Positions 9,277 through 17,850 of a stretch of DNA of 64,000 nucleotides are shown piece after piece (within the stretch, counting starts at the first letter, position 1; every line of letters starts with the position of its first letter). The stretch is from an uncultured bacterium (GTDB taxonomy: Bacteria; UBA8481): NCBI GenBank assembly GCA_964548165.1, contig CAZJQD010000009.1, positions 7,985 through 71,984 on the forward strand. Reading direction: 5' to 3'. Under the pieces are notes generated by a model, which saw only the letters and a program-made list of their open reading frames with translations, ran no database searches and was not told where the DNA came from. A program made the translations under genes and the position numbers.

Positions 9277-10626
9277 GTGACCATGTCCGTTTCGAAGCTC
9301 TTCGTCCTCGATACCAACGTTCTCCTGCACGACGCCGCCAGCATCCACCAGTTTGGCGAGCACAACGAGGTGGTCATCCCCGTCACCGTCCTGGAGGAGC
9401 TCGACACCTTCAAGAAGCGCCAGGACGAGGTGGGACGAAACTCCCGCCAGGTCACCCGCGACCTCGACGACCTTCGTAAGCTCGGCCATCTCTCCAACGG
9501 CGTCGCGCTTCCCGGCGGCGGCGTGCTCCGGATCGAGCTGAAGTACCAGGACGGCAAGTCCCTGCCGCCCGGCTTCGATATCCACCGCAATGACGTCAAG
9601 ATCCTCGGGCTCGCGCACGAGCTGATGCTCCTCGAAAAGAAGAATTCGCACCCGCGTCCCGTCACGCTCATCACCAAGGACATCAATCTCCGCGTCAAGT
9701 CGGACGCCGTGGGGGTCCCGTGCGAGGACTACGAGCGCGGCACCGTGAACATCGAGGAGCTCTACACGGGCGCGGGCGTGCTCACGGTTCCCGGCGACGT
9801 GGTCAACGCCTACTACAAGGAGAAGCGCTACGCGGGGCCGTTCCCGGTCGAGCCCTATCCCAACCAGTTCTTTCTCCTCCAGGACGAGGCCAATCCCGAT
9901 CACACGGCGCTGGGGCGCTACGTGGCCTCCGAGCGCGCCGTCGTGGGGTTGACCCTGCCCGACGACGCTGACGTCTTCGGCGTGCATCCGCTCAACAAGG
10001 AACAGCGATACACGCTCGAGCTCCTCATGGACGATCGCGTCTCGCTCGTCGCCCTCGTCGGCATCGCCGGAACCGGCAAGACGCTCCTCGCGCTCGCCGC
10101 GGGCCTCGAGAAGGTCGTCAACAACGAGCTCTTCCGGCGCCTCCTCGTCTCCAAGCCCATCATGCCGATGGGCAAGGACATCGGGTACCTGCCCGGCGAC
10201 GTGGACGAGAAGCTGATGCCCCGCATGCAGTCCGTGTCCGACAACCTCGAGTATCTCTTCATGGCCTCGGGCGGGAACGAGGGTGGCGAGCAGAGACTGC
10301 AGGAGCTCATCGAGGACGGCATTGTCGAGCTCGAGCCGCTGACGTACATCCGCGGCCGGTCGATCCCGCGCCAGTTCGTGGTCGTCGACGAGGCTCAGAA
10401 CCTGACGCCGCTGGAGCTCAAGACGATCATCACCCGCGCCGGCAAGGGCTCCAAGATCATCCTCTGCGGCGACCCGCACCAGATCGATCATCCCTACCTC
10501 GATTCCAGGTCCAACGGCCTCACGTTCGTCGTGGAGTGTTTCAAGGGCGAGCCGCTCTTCGGCACCGTGACGCTCCTGAAGGGCGAGCGCAGCGAGCTGG
10601 CCGAGATCGCCGCGCGGCGGATGTAG
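9277..10626 (+). CDS. PhoH2-type protein: N-terminal PIN domain fused to a PhoH-like ATPase
   Basis: PIN is indicated by 'LFVLDTNVLLHD...VVIPVTVLEELD'. The PhoH P-loop is 'LVALVGIAGTGKTLLALAAGL', followed by 'VVVDEAQNLTP'. Confidence 0.85.
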   Translation: MTMSVSKLFVLDTNVLLHDAASIHQFGEHNEVVIPVTVLEELDTFKKRQDEVGRNSRQVTRDLDDLRKLGHLSNGVALPGGGVLRIELKYQDGKSLPPGFDIHRNDVKILGLAHELMLLEKKNSHPRPVTLITKDINLRVKSDAVGVPCEDYERGTVNIEELYTGAGVLTVPGDVVNAYYKEKRYAGPFPVEPYPNQFFLLQDEANPDHTALGRYVASERAVVGLTLPDDADVFGVHPLNKEQRYTLELLMDDRVSLVALVGIAGTGKTLLALAAGLEKVVNNELFRRLLVSKPIMPMGKDIGYLPGDVDEKLMPRMQSVSDNLEYLFMASGGNEGGEQRLQELIEDGIVELEPLTYIRGRSIPRQFVVVDEAQNLTPLELKTIITRAGKGSKIILCGDPHQIDHPYLDSRSNGLTFVVECFKGEPLFGTVTLLKGERSELAEIAARRM

Positions 10627-10871
10627 GGGAGCCGGACGACGTGACGGGCACGAGCGGATCGGGGCCGAGCGGCCATGGGTCGGGCGGCCATCGGCCCGGT
10701 GGTGTTCGTCCCTCGCGCGCGGGTTCCTACAAGGCCCTGGAGCTGGCTCGGGCCCGCGGCGCCGCGGTGCGATCCGGCGCCTCACCCTGGGCGGCGGATC
10801 CTCGATCGCGAGCGGATGCGGCCGCGCGCCAGGACGCCTCGACGACCCCGACCGCTCCGCGCCGCTCTCGC

Positions 10872-11573
10872 GTGGACTGGCATGCGGCTCCTCGACCGTT
10901 TCCCGTCCTCATCATCGGCTCCCGGACGGCGGGGATCGCCTTCAAGCTTAAGCCCGCCGCCGTCGAGGTGCGCGCCGACCTCTTCCCCCGCGACGCCGCG
11001 AAGGTCGCCAGGCTCATGGACGACCTCCGCGCGTTCAGCTCCGTCCTCTTGACGGCTCGTCGCGACGTCGACGGTGGGAAGTGGGCGCGGGCCGAGGAGA
11101 CGGAGCGTCGGCGGTTCCTCTTGAAGCTGGTGCCTCACGCAGACTGCGTCGATATCGAGCTGGACCTGGCGGAGGACGAGGCCGCGCGCGACCTTCTGAG
11201 ACAAGTGCGGCAGGGCCTTCGAAAGGGGGCTTCGCTCATGATCTCCCAGCACGAGCTCCGTGGACTTCCCGAGAAGGATCGCCTGGACGCCTACAGGACC
11301 GTCGCCCAGTACGTGAAGCCGGCACGGTTCAAGCTGGCGGCGCTCACCAGGAACGAGGCCGAGGCCAAGCGGCTCTGCGGCTGGGCGATCGCCAATCACA
11401 GCGCCGACCTGCCGATCACGGCCATCGGCATGGGCAACGAGGGCGCGTGGACGCGGTGGTTCCTGCCGAAGAAACTCGGCGGCCCCGCCTACGCTCCGGC
11501 CGGCCGCGCCGTGGCGCCCGGCCAGGTGACCTACGGCCGCCTCGTCGAGGAGCTCTTCGGAAAGAAGCGCTGA
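10872..11573 (+). CDS. aroD: 3-dehydroquinate dehydratase, type I
   Basis: The protein aligns with AroD blocks: 'ADCVDIELD', 'LMISQHELRG', 'FKLAALT', 'LPITAIGMGNEGAWTRW' and 'PGQVTYGRLVEELFG'. The start is uncertain. I chose the GTG at aa 113 of listed ORF 10536.., about 10 aa before 'VLIIGSRTAG'. An alternative GTG lies at 10641. Confidence 0.65.
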   Translation: MDWHAAPRPFPVLIIGSRTAGIAFKLKPAAVEVRADLFPRDAAKVARLMDDLRAFSSVLLTARRDVDGGKWARAEETERRRFLLKLVPHADCVDIELDLAEDEAARDLLRQVRQGLRKGASLMISQHELRGLPEKDRLDAYRTVAQYVKPARFKLAALTRNEAEAKRLCGWAIANHSADLPITAIGMGNEGAWTRWFLPKKLGGPAYAPAGRAVAPGQVTYGRLVEELFGKKR

Positions 11574-11575
11574 GC

Positions 11576-12343
11576 ATGTTCTCGTTCCGGCGTCCCGGCG
11601 GCGCGCGTCCGCGCATTCTCGGGCATCGCGGCGTCATGGGGCTCTGTCCCGAGAACACCATGGCCTCGTTTCGCCGCGCGGTCGAACTGGGCTGCGCGAT
11701 CCTCGAGCTCGACGTTCATCTCTCGAAGGACGGCGAGCTGATGGTCATCCACGACGAGACGCTGGAGCGGACGACCACGGGGCGAGGCGAGGTCCGGGCG
11801 TTGACGGCGGCGGCGATCCGGCGCGTGGATGCCGGGGTGCGGTTCGCGAAGGAATTTCGCGGGGAGCGCGTACCGTTCCTCGAGGAAGTCCTCGACCTGG
11901 TGCGCGAGGCCGACGTTGCCGTGAACATCGAGATCAAGAACGGGCCCAACTTCCCGGCCGGGATAGCGCGCAAGGTGACGCGGCTCGTCTCTCGCTTCGA
12001 TCTCGAAGCCCGCACCGTGATCTCGTCGTTCGATCACCAGGTGCTCGTCGAGTGCCATCGCCTCGCGCCCGAGACCCCTACCGCCGCGCTCTCCGTGGCC
12101 CGGCTTCACGACGCCTCCGATTACCTCCGCCGGATGGGCGCCTCGGGTTACCACCCGCGGTGGAATTACCTCACGCGCGAGCTGGTCCGTGAACTCAGGG
12201 GTGACGGCTTCTTCGTTAACACCTGGATCATCCACGACAGGGCCGGCTGGCGGCGCCTGGCATCGTGGGGCGTCGACGCCATCGGCGTGAACGATCCGAC
12301 GTTTCTCGGGCTCCCGGGGATTCCGTCCCCGAAGCGCAGGTGA
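11576..12343 (+). CDS. glycerophosphodiester phosphodiesterase (GDPD/UgpQ family)
   Basis: The match is 'ILGHRGVMGLCPENTMASFRRAVELGCAILELDVHLSKDGELMVIHDETLERTT'. The ATG is 3 nt after the aroD stop. Confidence 0.8.
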   Translation: MFSFRRPGGARPRILGHRGVMGLCPENTMASFRRAVELGCAILELDVHLSKDGELMVIHDETLERTTTGRGEVRALTAAAIRRVDAGVRFAKEFRGERVPFLEEVLDLVREADVAVNIEIKNGPNFPAGIARKVTRLVSRFDLEARTVISSFDHQVLVECHRLAPETPTAALSVARLHDASDYLRRMGASGYHPRWNYLTRELVRELRGDGFFVNTWIIHDRAGWRRLASWGVDAIGVNDPTFLGLPGIPSPKRR

Positions 12344-12353
12344 ACTCCGGGCT

Positions 12354-12989
12354 CTACTGAACCTTGGCCTGGACGTCGGCGGCGGCGCGACCGAGCACGT
12401 CCTTGAGCCCGGCCTGCAGGACATTGACGAGGAAGTTGTTGTCGAGGCGGCGCGCGCTCGACGCGATCCCGGCGACACCCACCCACTCGGTCGTGTCCTC
12501 CTTGAGCTTGTAGGAGTCCTGGAGCACGGTGCGGTTGTTGGCGGTCAGCTTCAGATCGAGCTGGACGCCGGCCGAGACGCGATCGTTGGTCCAGAGCCAG
12601 GTGACGTAGCTGACGTAGGGGATGAAGGCCGTGCGCGGAGGAACGATCATGGCGCGGTAGTTGGCCACGGATCCGCCGAGCACGTACTCCGCCTGTCCCT
12701 CGGTGACGGCGTTCACGCCGCGCGCGCGGAGCTCGGCCACGAGCGCGTTGCGGATGCCCGTGGTGACGGGCTCATTGAAGAGCGCATCCTTGGTGGACTT
12801 GTTGAAGAGCCCGGCGCCGGCGCCTGACTTCTCTTCCGGCGGCCGCAGGTCCTCCAGGGCCTCGACGAGAACGAGGGGGCCGGAGACTGCCTGGGACGCC
12901 GCCGGCGGGGCATACGCAACGGGCACAGCCGCGCACCCGATGACGGCGAACGCGAGGACGGAGAGAAGGGCGAGACGGAGCTGGGACAA
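12354..12989 (-). CDS. lipoprotein of unknown function
   Basis: A signal peptide plus lipobox 'LAFAVIGCAA' is present. The gene is convergent with the GDPD gene. Confidence 0.55.
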   Translation of the reverse strand: MSQLRLALLSVLAFAVIGCAAVPVAYAPPAASQAVSGPLVLVEALEDLRPPEEKSGAGAGLFNKSTKDALFNEPVTTGIRNALVAELRARGVNAVTEGQAEYVLGGSVANYRAMIVPPRTAFIPYVSYVTWLWTNDRVSAGVQLDLKLTANNRTVLQDSYKLKEDTTEWVGVAGIASSARRLDNNFLVNVLQAGLKDVLGRAAADVQAKVQ

Positions 12990-13029
12990 GGTGGGCCTCC
13001 TGAAAGTCGTGTGAAAGGGGCATCATGCC

Positions 13030-13432
13030 TGAAGATAACCACGGAGACCACAGGGACCACGGAGAAATTCGCATTAAATGGAACCACGGAGGCACGGAGA
13101 CACAGAGAAAGGCAACAGCAGAGGAGAGGGGGGGACCGCAGAGAACGCAGAGGACGCAGAGAAAAGCAGAAGCAGAGGAGCGAGGGAACCACAGAGGCAC
13201 GGAGACACAGAGAACGGCAACAGCAGAGGAGAGGCAGAACCGGAGAAAGGCAGAACCGGAATCGGAATTTTCAGGCAGAATCGGAAGGGGGTAGGGTCAG
13301 GAGTCGTGGCGGAACTCTGTTCGACGTTGGCTCGGTAGTGATTTATCGATGGCGATCTATTCTATAATGATGAGTTCTTCCTGGTTTTCCTTCTCGGACT
13401 TGCTTTTCTCCGTGTCTCCGTGCCTCCGTGGT
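13030..13432. repeat. composite MITE-like element: 9-mer CACGGAG arrays, an internal ~107-bp tandem duplication, AT-rich core and inverted right arm
   Basis: The left motif 'ggaaccacggaggcacggagacacagagaaagg' occurs twice, at about 13081 and about 13188. The right arm 'cttttctccgtgtctccgtgcctccgtggttccc' is its reverse complement. The core contains TATAAT. The +-strand ORFs 13011..13367 encode only repeat translations. Confidence 0.6.
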
Positions 13433-13448
13433 TCCCTCGACGACTACT

Positions 13449-15212
13449 TCAATTCCGCGTGAAGTAGTCGTCGAGCTCGCGCAGAAGCTCCGCTTCCTGG
13501 TTGGAGATGCCCTCGCCGCGCTTCTTCATCATCTCGTGGAGCTGCTGCAGGACCGCGCGCTCGGCGGCGTCGAGCCCGGGGCCGCCCGAGCCGAGGTCGC
13601 CGGGATGGGTGCCCGTCGTGGAACGGTAGAGCTGGGGGTCGGCGAGGCCGGAGATGTCGATCTGCCCACGGCGCGGAGTCTCGCCGGAGTGCGTGATGAG
13701 GACGCGGTAGAGTCCGGCGCCGACGGCGGTGATGCGTTCCGCTTCCCAGCCTCGGCCCTCCGCGCGCTTGCTCCAGAGCACCTGGCCGCTGGGGCCGAAG
13801 ACCTGGAGGGTGTCGACCCTTCCGGCGTCGCCCCAGCCGGTCTTGACCTCGACGAGGAAGGACGCCTCGCTTCCGATCTTGAACCAGCCCTCGAAGACGC
13901 GCCCGCGCGCGACGTCGTAGGCGACGGGGAAGCGCAGGGCGGAATCCAGGCCGGCGGTGGAGACTGGTCCTGTCGTGGTGGGCGTCGCGGGGGGCGGCGT
14001 CACGCCGGGATTGACGAGGATACCGGGATTCGTGGCCTTGACCGTGATCGTGAAGTCGCTCTCGTCGCTGGAACGGTAGGCGGCGACGCGCACGTAATAG
14101 ACGCCCGACTCGGCCGGATCGAGGACGGCGTACTCGCGCGCCGATCCTTCCTCGCGGCTGATGGCGCGGCGATTGCCGAGATCGTCGATGATGTAGAGAT
14201 CGAGGTCCTTGGCCGGGGTCGAGCCCTTGACCTCGACCTCGATCCGCCCGTCCGCGGCGAGGGGAACGGCGTACCAGGCCGAGCGAATGCCCTCGCCCGC
14301 CCTCCCGGTGGCCGTGTAGCCGTTGCCGACCGGCAGGGCCTGGCCGATGGAGGGATCGCGTCGCGAGGACGCGAGCGGGATCCGTTCGCAGAGGAGCTGG
14401 AACTGGGCCTCGTCCCCGGCGCGGAACGCATACGCGCGCGCGTAGAGCACTTCGCCCGACGAGACGCGAACGACGCTCGATTCCTCGCGGCTCCCTTCGT
14501 TCTCGCTGTAGCCCCTTCGTCGCCCGTAGGCGTCGACGATCTCCAGGTCGATATCGGTCGCCGGCGTCTTGCCGAGGAGGCGGAAGCGGAGCGCGTCGCC
14601 GCGCAGGCGGCTGTCGAGGCTGCCGACGGGAACCTTCCACCAGGACTCGCGGCCGGCGCCGTTGCCGGCGATCCCGTCCACGGTTCCTCCGACGGCCAGG
14701 GGGCCCGCGGTTTCCCGTGATGTCGGGCGCACGGCCTCTGCCGCGGAGTAGTCCACGACGACCTTGATCGCGCGCCCGTTGGCCCAGATCTGGTCGTCGG
14801 TCCGCATGGTAATCTCGGCGTACATGTCGCTTGCGCTCTTGCGGTCGAAGCAGAAGAGGAGGTAGTAGGTGCCGGGAGCGGCCGGTGCCGTGACGTCGAC
14901 CTGGGCCGTGCCCTGGTCGGTGCCGCCGATGGTGCTCATGAACTGCGTCATGGCGTTGCGGTTGGCGCGCTCCCAGGACGGCAACCAGACGGCCGTATGC
15001 GTCCGAAAGAGCGACGACGATCCGGTCTGGACGGTGACGGTGCCCTGGATCCGGGCGCCGGGCCTCACGGCGATCTCCTTGGTGGCGAACCCGTTGAGGT
15101 ACACGGAGACGATCGAGAGATCGCGCTCGGCGTGAGAGGCGGTTGCCAGGGCCAGGCAGGCGACTGCGGCCAGGATCGGAAGCGTAACGAAACGACGAGC
15201 GTGGATCATCAT
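13449..15212 (-). CDS. secreted protein with tandem pre-peptidase C-terminal (PPC)-like beta-sandwich domains
   Basis: The signal peptide is 'MMIHARRFVTLPILAAVACLALATASHA'. 'DLDLEIVDAYG' and 'DLDLYIIDDLGNRR' repeat units are present. A 16-bp perfect inverted repeat (a terminator-like hairpin) spans its stop codon. The start is the ATG with a GGGGGG Shine-Dalgarno, 12 codons inside listed ORF 13449..15248. Confidence 0.65.
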   Translation of the reverse strand: MMIHARRFVTLPILAAVACLALATASHAERDLSIVSVYLNGFATKEIAVRPGARIQGTVTVQTGSSSLFRTHTAVWLPSWERANRNAMTQFMSTIGGTDQGTAQVDVTAPAAPGTYYLLFCFDRKSASDMYAEITMRTDDQIWANGRAIKVVVDYSAAEAVRPTSRETAGPLAVGGTVDGIAGNGAGRESWWKVPVGSLDSRLRGDALRFRLLGKTPATDIDLEIVDAYGRRRGYSENEGSREESSVVRVSSGEVLYARAYAFRAGDEAQFQLLCERIPLASSRRDPSIGQALPVGNGYTATGRAGEGIRSAWYAVPLAADGRIEVEVKGSTPAKDLDLYIIDDLGNRRAISREEGSAREYAVLDPAESGVYYVRVAAYRSSDESDFTITVKATNPGILVNPGVTPPPATPTTTGPVSTAGLDSALRFPVAYDVARGRVFEGWFKIGSEASFLVEVKTGWGDAGRVDTLQVFGPSGQVLWSKRAEGRGWEAERITAVGAGLYRVLITHSGETPRRGQIDISGLADPQLYRSTTGTHPGDLGSGGPGLDAAERAVLQQLHEMMKKRGEGISNQEAELLRELDDYFTRN

Positions 15213-15252
15213 GGCCGGTAAGACCCCCCAAGGGTGGAATTGGTTCACGGCT

Positions 15253-15262
15253 TATTATAGCA
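15253..15262 (-). promoter_or_regulatory. extended -10 element (TGcTATAAT) about 45 nt upstream of the PPC-protein start
   Basis: On the minus strand I read 'gtgcTATAATaagccg'. A perfect TATAAT is rare in this GC-rich DNA. Confidence 0.4.
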
Positions 15263-15334
15263 CGGCGCGGCGGCCCCGGATCGGCCGAGGCCGCAGATCA
15301 GCCGAAGTGGCAGGAGGTCAGCCGAGGGAGCGGG

Positions 15335-15664
15335 TCAGCCGAGGACGCGATCCAGCTTGGCGACGATCTGGGACTTGGGGACGGCGCCGACGATGGACTC
15401 GGCGACGGCGCCCGCGTTGAAGACGAGGAGCGCGGGGATGCCGCGGATGTCGAACTTCTGGGCGACGGCCTGGTGGTCGTCGCAGTTGTACTTCGCGATC
15501 TTGACCCGGCCCGCGTATTCGGTCGCCAGTTGCTCCACGATCGGAGCGATCTGGCGGCAGGGTCCGCACCAGGGCGCCCAGAAGTCGACGAGCACGGGAA
15601 TCGTGGACTTCACGACCTCGGCGTCGAAGTTGGCGTCGGTCAGCGTGAGGATGTTCTCGGCCAT
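15335..15664 (-). CDS. trxA: thioredoxin
   Basis: The 109-aa protein carries the 'WAPWCGPCR' active site. Confidence 0.9.
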   Translation of the reverse strand: MAENILTLTDANFDAEVVKSTIPVLVDFWAPWCGPCRQIAPIVEQLATEYAGRVKIAKYNCDDHQAVAQKFDIRGIPALLVFNAGAVAESIVGAVPKSQIVAKLDRVLG

Positions 15665-15669
15665 GGGGA

Positions 15670-16692
15670 TTACTTCCTTTCCTGGGTTACGATCTCGGCG
15701 ATCTGGACGGCGTTGGTGGCGGCGCCCTTGCGGAGCTGGTCGCCGGAGACGAACATGGCAAGCGCGTTGGCGGCGGTGGGATCGGTGCGGAGGCGCCCGA
15801 CGAAGACGAGGTCCTGGTCACTAGACTCGATCGGCATCGGGAAGACGTTCTTCTCGCGATCGTCCACGATCTTCACGCCGGCCGCCGAGGCCAGGATGGT
15901 GCGGGCCTCGTCGGGGGAGAGCGGTCGCGCGAACTCGGCATTGATGGCCTCCGCGTGCGAGCGGAAGGTCGGGACGCGGATGCACGTCGCCGTCATCGCG
16001 ATGGTCTCGTCGTGGAAGATCTTCTTCGTCTCCTTGGTCATCTTCGTCTCTTCCTCGTTGTAGCCGTCGGGGCCGATCTTGGAGTTGTGAGAGAAGAGGT
16101 TGAAGGCGATGCGATGGGTGAAGACGCGCGGCGCGGCCGGGCGGCCGGCCAGGACCTCCTTCGTCTGCTGTTCGAGCTCGTCGATGGCCTTCGCGCCGGC
16201 GCCGGAGACGGCCTGGTAGGTGGCGATGACGGCGCGCTTGAGGCCGGCGGCCTTGTGGAGGGGCCAGAGCGGGACGAGCGCGATGATCGTGGAGCAGTTC
16301 GGGTTCGCGATGATGCCCTTGGGACGATTCGCGCAGTCCTGGGGGTTGATCTCGGGGATGACGAGCGGCACCTCGGGGTCCATCCGGAACGCGGAGGAAT
16401 TGTCGACGACCACGGCGCCGGCGGCGGCGAACCTCGGACCGTGGACCTTGGAGATCGATCCGCCGGCGGAGAAGAGCGCGATCTCGATGCCCTTGGGATC
16501 AGCCTTCTCGAGGTCCTCGACCACGATGGACTGGCCGCGGTAGGTCATGGTCTTGCCCGCGGATCGCGCTGAGGCCATGAGCCGCAGGCTCTTCATGGGG
16601 AAGTTGCGCTCCTCGAGGACCTTGAGGAACTCGAGGCCAACGGCGCCGGTCGCGCCGACGACGGCGATATGTGCGGGGGAAGCTGATGCCAC
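15670..16692 (-). CDS. asd: aspartate-semialdehyde dehydrogenase
   Basis: The match includes 'IAVVGATGAVG...', 'ANPNCSTI' and the C-terminal dimerisation domain. It sits 5 nt upstream of trxA. Confidence 0.85.
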   Translation of the reverse strand: MASASPAHIAVVGATGAVGLEFLKVLEERNFPMKSLRLMASARSAGKTMTYRGQSIVVEDLEKADPKGIEIALFSAGGSISKVHGPRFAAAGAVVVDNSSAFRMDPEVPLVIPEINPQDCANRPKGIIANPNCSTIIALVPLWPLHKAAGLKRAVIATYQAVSGAGAKAIDELEQQTKEVLAGRPAAPRVFTHRIAFNLFSHNSKIGPDGYNEEETKMTKETKKIFHDETIAMTATCIRVPTFRSHAEAINAEFARPLSPDEARTILASAAGVKIVDDREKNVFPMPIESSDQDLVFVGRLRTDPTAANALAMFVSGDQLRKGAATNAVQIAEIVTQERK

Positions 16693-16801
16693 GATTCGAT
16701 CTCCTGGTACCTGTGTGATTGCGGGCAGCGCGAATTGTCGTGAAGAGGCGCGACTGCGAGCGTTCGCCTCGGAACGGCGCGCCAGACATCCGCCCAGTCG
16801 T

Positions 16802-17731
16802 TCAGAGTCGAGAAAAGATCGTAGCCGCGTCCAGCCCCAGCGTCAAGCGAACGGCGGGAGGGAGGCGCGCCTCCAGGCGCGCCTCGAGGCGCCCCTCACG
16901 GCTTACCGGCGCGTCCAGGCTCCTCGTTGAACGGCTGGAGCTCGAGGAGATCACGGGAGGACCGCCGGCGGCCGCGAGGAGCGCGGCGGCCTGGGCCGAG
17001 GAGATTTCCTCCCGGAGCGAGGGTTCGCCGGGATGGACGCGGGGGAAGACGAGTTGGGCCAGGGGAAGCGCGAGGTTGCGGTCGTCCTCGACGCGCCGCG
17101 GAATCGGCCCCACCTCCGCGGGATAGCCCGCTCGCCGGGCAAACGGGTTGGGGCGCTCCGGGGACGCTGTCACCCACCACCGGTGATCGTGCTCCACCAG
17201 GAGGACGCGATCATCGGCGAGGGGAGTGGCGCCGCGCTCGGTCAGGGCCGCGGCCGTCGTGGACTTGCCGTGGCCGGTTGCGCCCGCGATCACGATCGCG
17301 CCCCCGTTCCGGGCGACGGCCGACGCGTGAACGGCGTAAATGCCGAGGGAGCGAAGCGCGATGTACAGGCAGGGGATGACGCACTTCGTGGGCAGGCGAT
17401 CCGGCCGCTCGGGACCATCCGGGAGGTGGACGAAGAAGCGCCAGGATCGTGTCTCGCCGGCGCTTCCCGGGTCGGGCCCGATGCATGCCGCGCGACCGAG
17501 CCCGTACTCGCCGCTGCAATCGACGGCGCCGTCATGGTCGGTGGGGAAGTGAAAGTGAAGGTCGAGCCGCCCGCGAGGAAAGATCGCGGCGGTCACGGGG
17601 CGAAGATAGGCCGGGAGCATGGCATCCCGGACCTTCCCGGGAAGGTGCACGGATATCTCAAGCGCTCCGAGCGGCACGGGAAAGGTGCTCATGCCGCCAT
17701 CATACCGGGATTCCAGCGACCGCGCCGCCAC
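16802..17731 (-). CDS. HPr kinase C-terminal-domain-like P-loop serine kinase (HprK-related, orphan)
   Basis: The HprK C-domain core is 'HASAVARNGGAIVIAGATGHGKSTTAAALTERGATPLADDRVLL'. No HprK N-domain is present, and the ~140-aa N-terminal region is unique. The start is GTG 17731 or ATG 17692. Confidence 0.6.
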   Translation of the reverse strand: MAARSLESRYDGGMSTFPVPLGALEISVHLPGKVRDAMLPAYLRPVTAAIFPRGRLDLHFHFPTDHDGAVDCSGEYGLGRAACIGPDPGSAGETRSWRFFVHLPDGPERPDRLPTKCVIPCLYIALRSLGIYAVHASAVARNGGAIVIAGATGHGKSTTAAALTERGATPLADDRVLLVEHDHRWWVTASPERPNPFARRAGYPAEVGPIPRRVEDDRNLALPLAQLVFPRVHPGEPSLREEISSAQAAALLAAAGGPPVISSSSSRSTRSLDAPVSREGRLEARLEARLPPAVRLTLGLDAATIFSRL

Positions 17732-17850
17732 CGCTCATCCTTGACGCTCCTGGGCCCGGTTGAGAAGGAACCCGCGGCCTGCTCGGGCGTCCAATGGTCC
17801 TGTGAAGGCCTGACAACCTGGGGACGATCACCTATACTGGCGCGGGGTTT

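Noticed and set aside
13011-13367. Three overlapping plus-strand ORFs (about 86-118 aa) with 'TETQRKATAEERG' periodicity
   Set aside because: They are translations of the tandem 9-mer and 107-bp repeat DNA inside the MITE-like element. They have no start context and their composition is repeat-driven.
13360-13372. Plus-strand TATAAT inside the 13030..13432 element as a promoter
   Set aside because: It would drive transcription antisense into the minus-strand PPC gene, and no plus-strand gene lies downstream. It is more likely just AT-rich core sequence.
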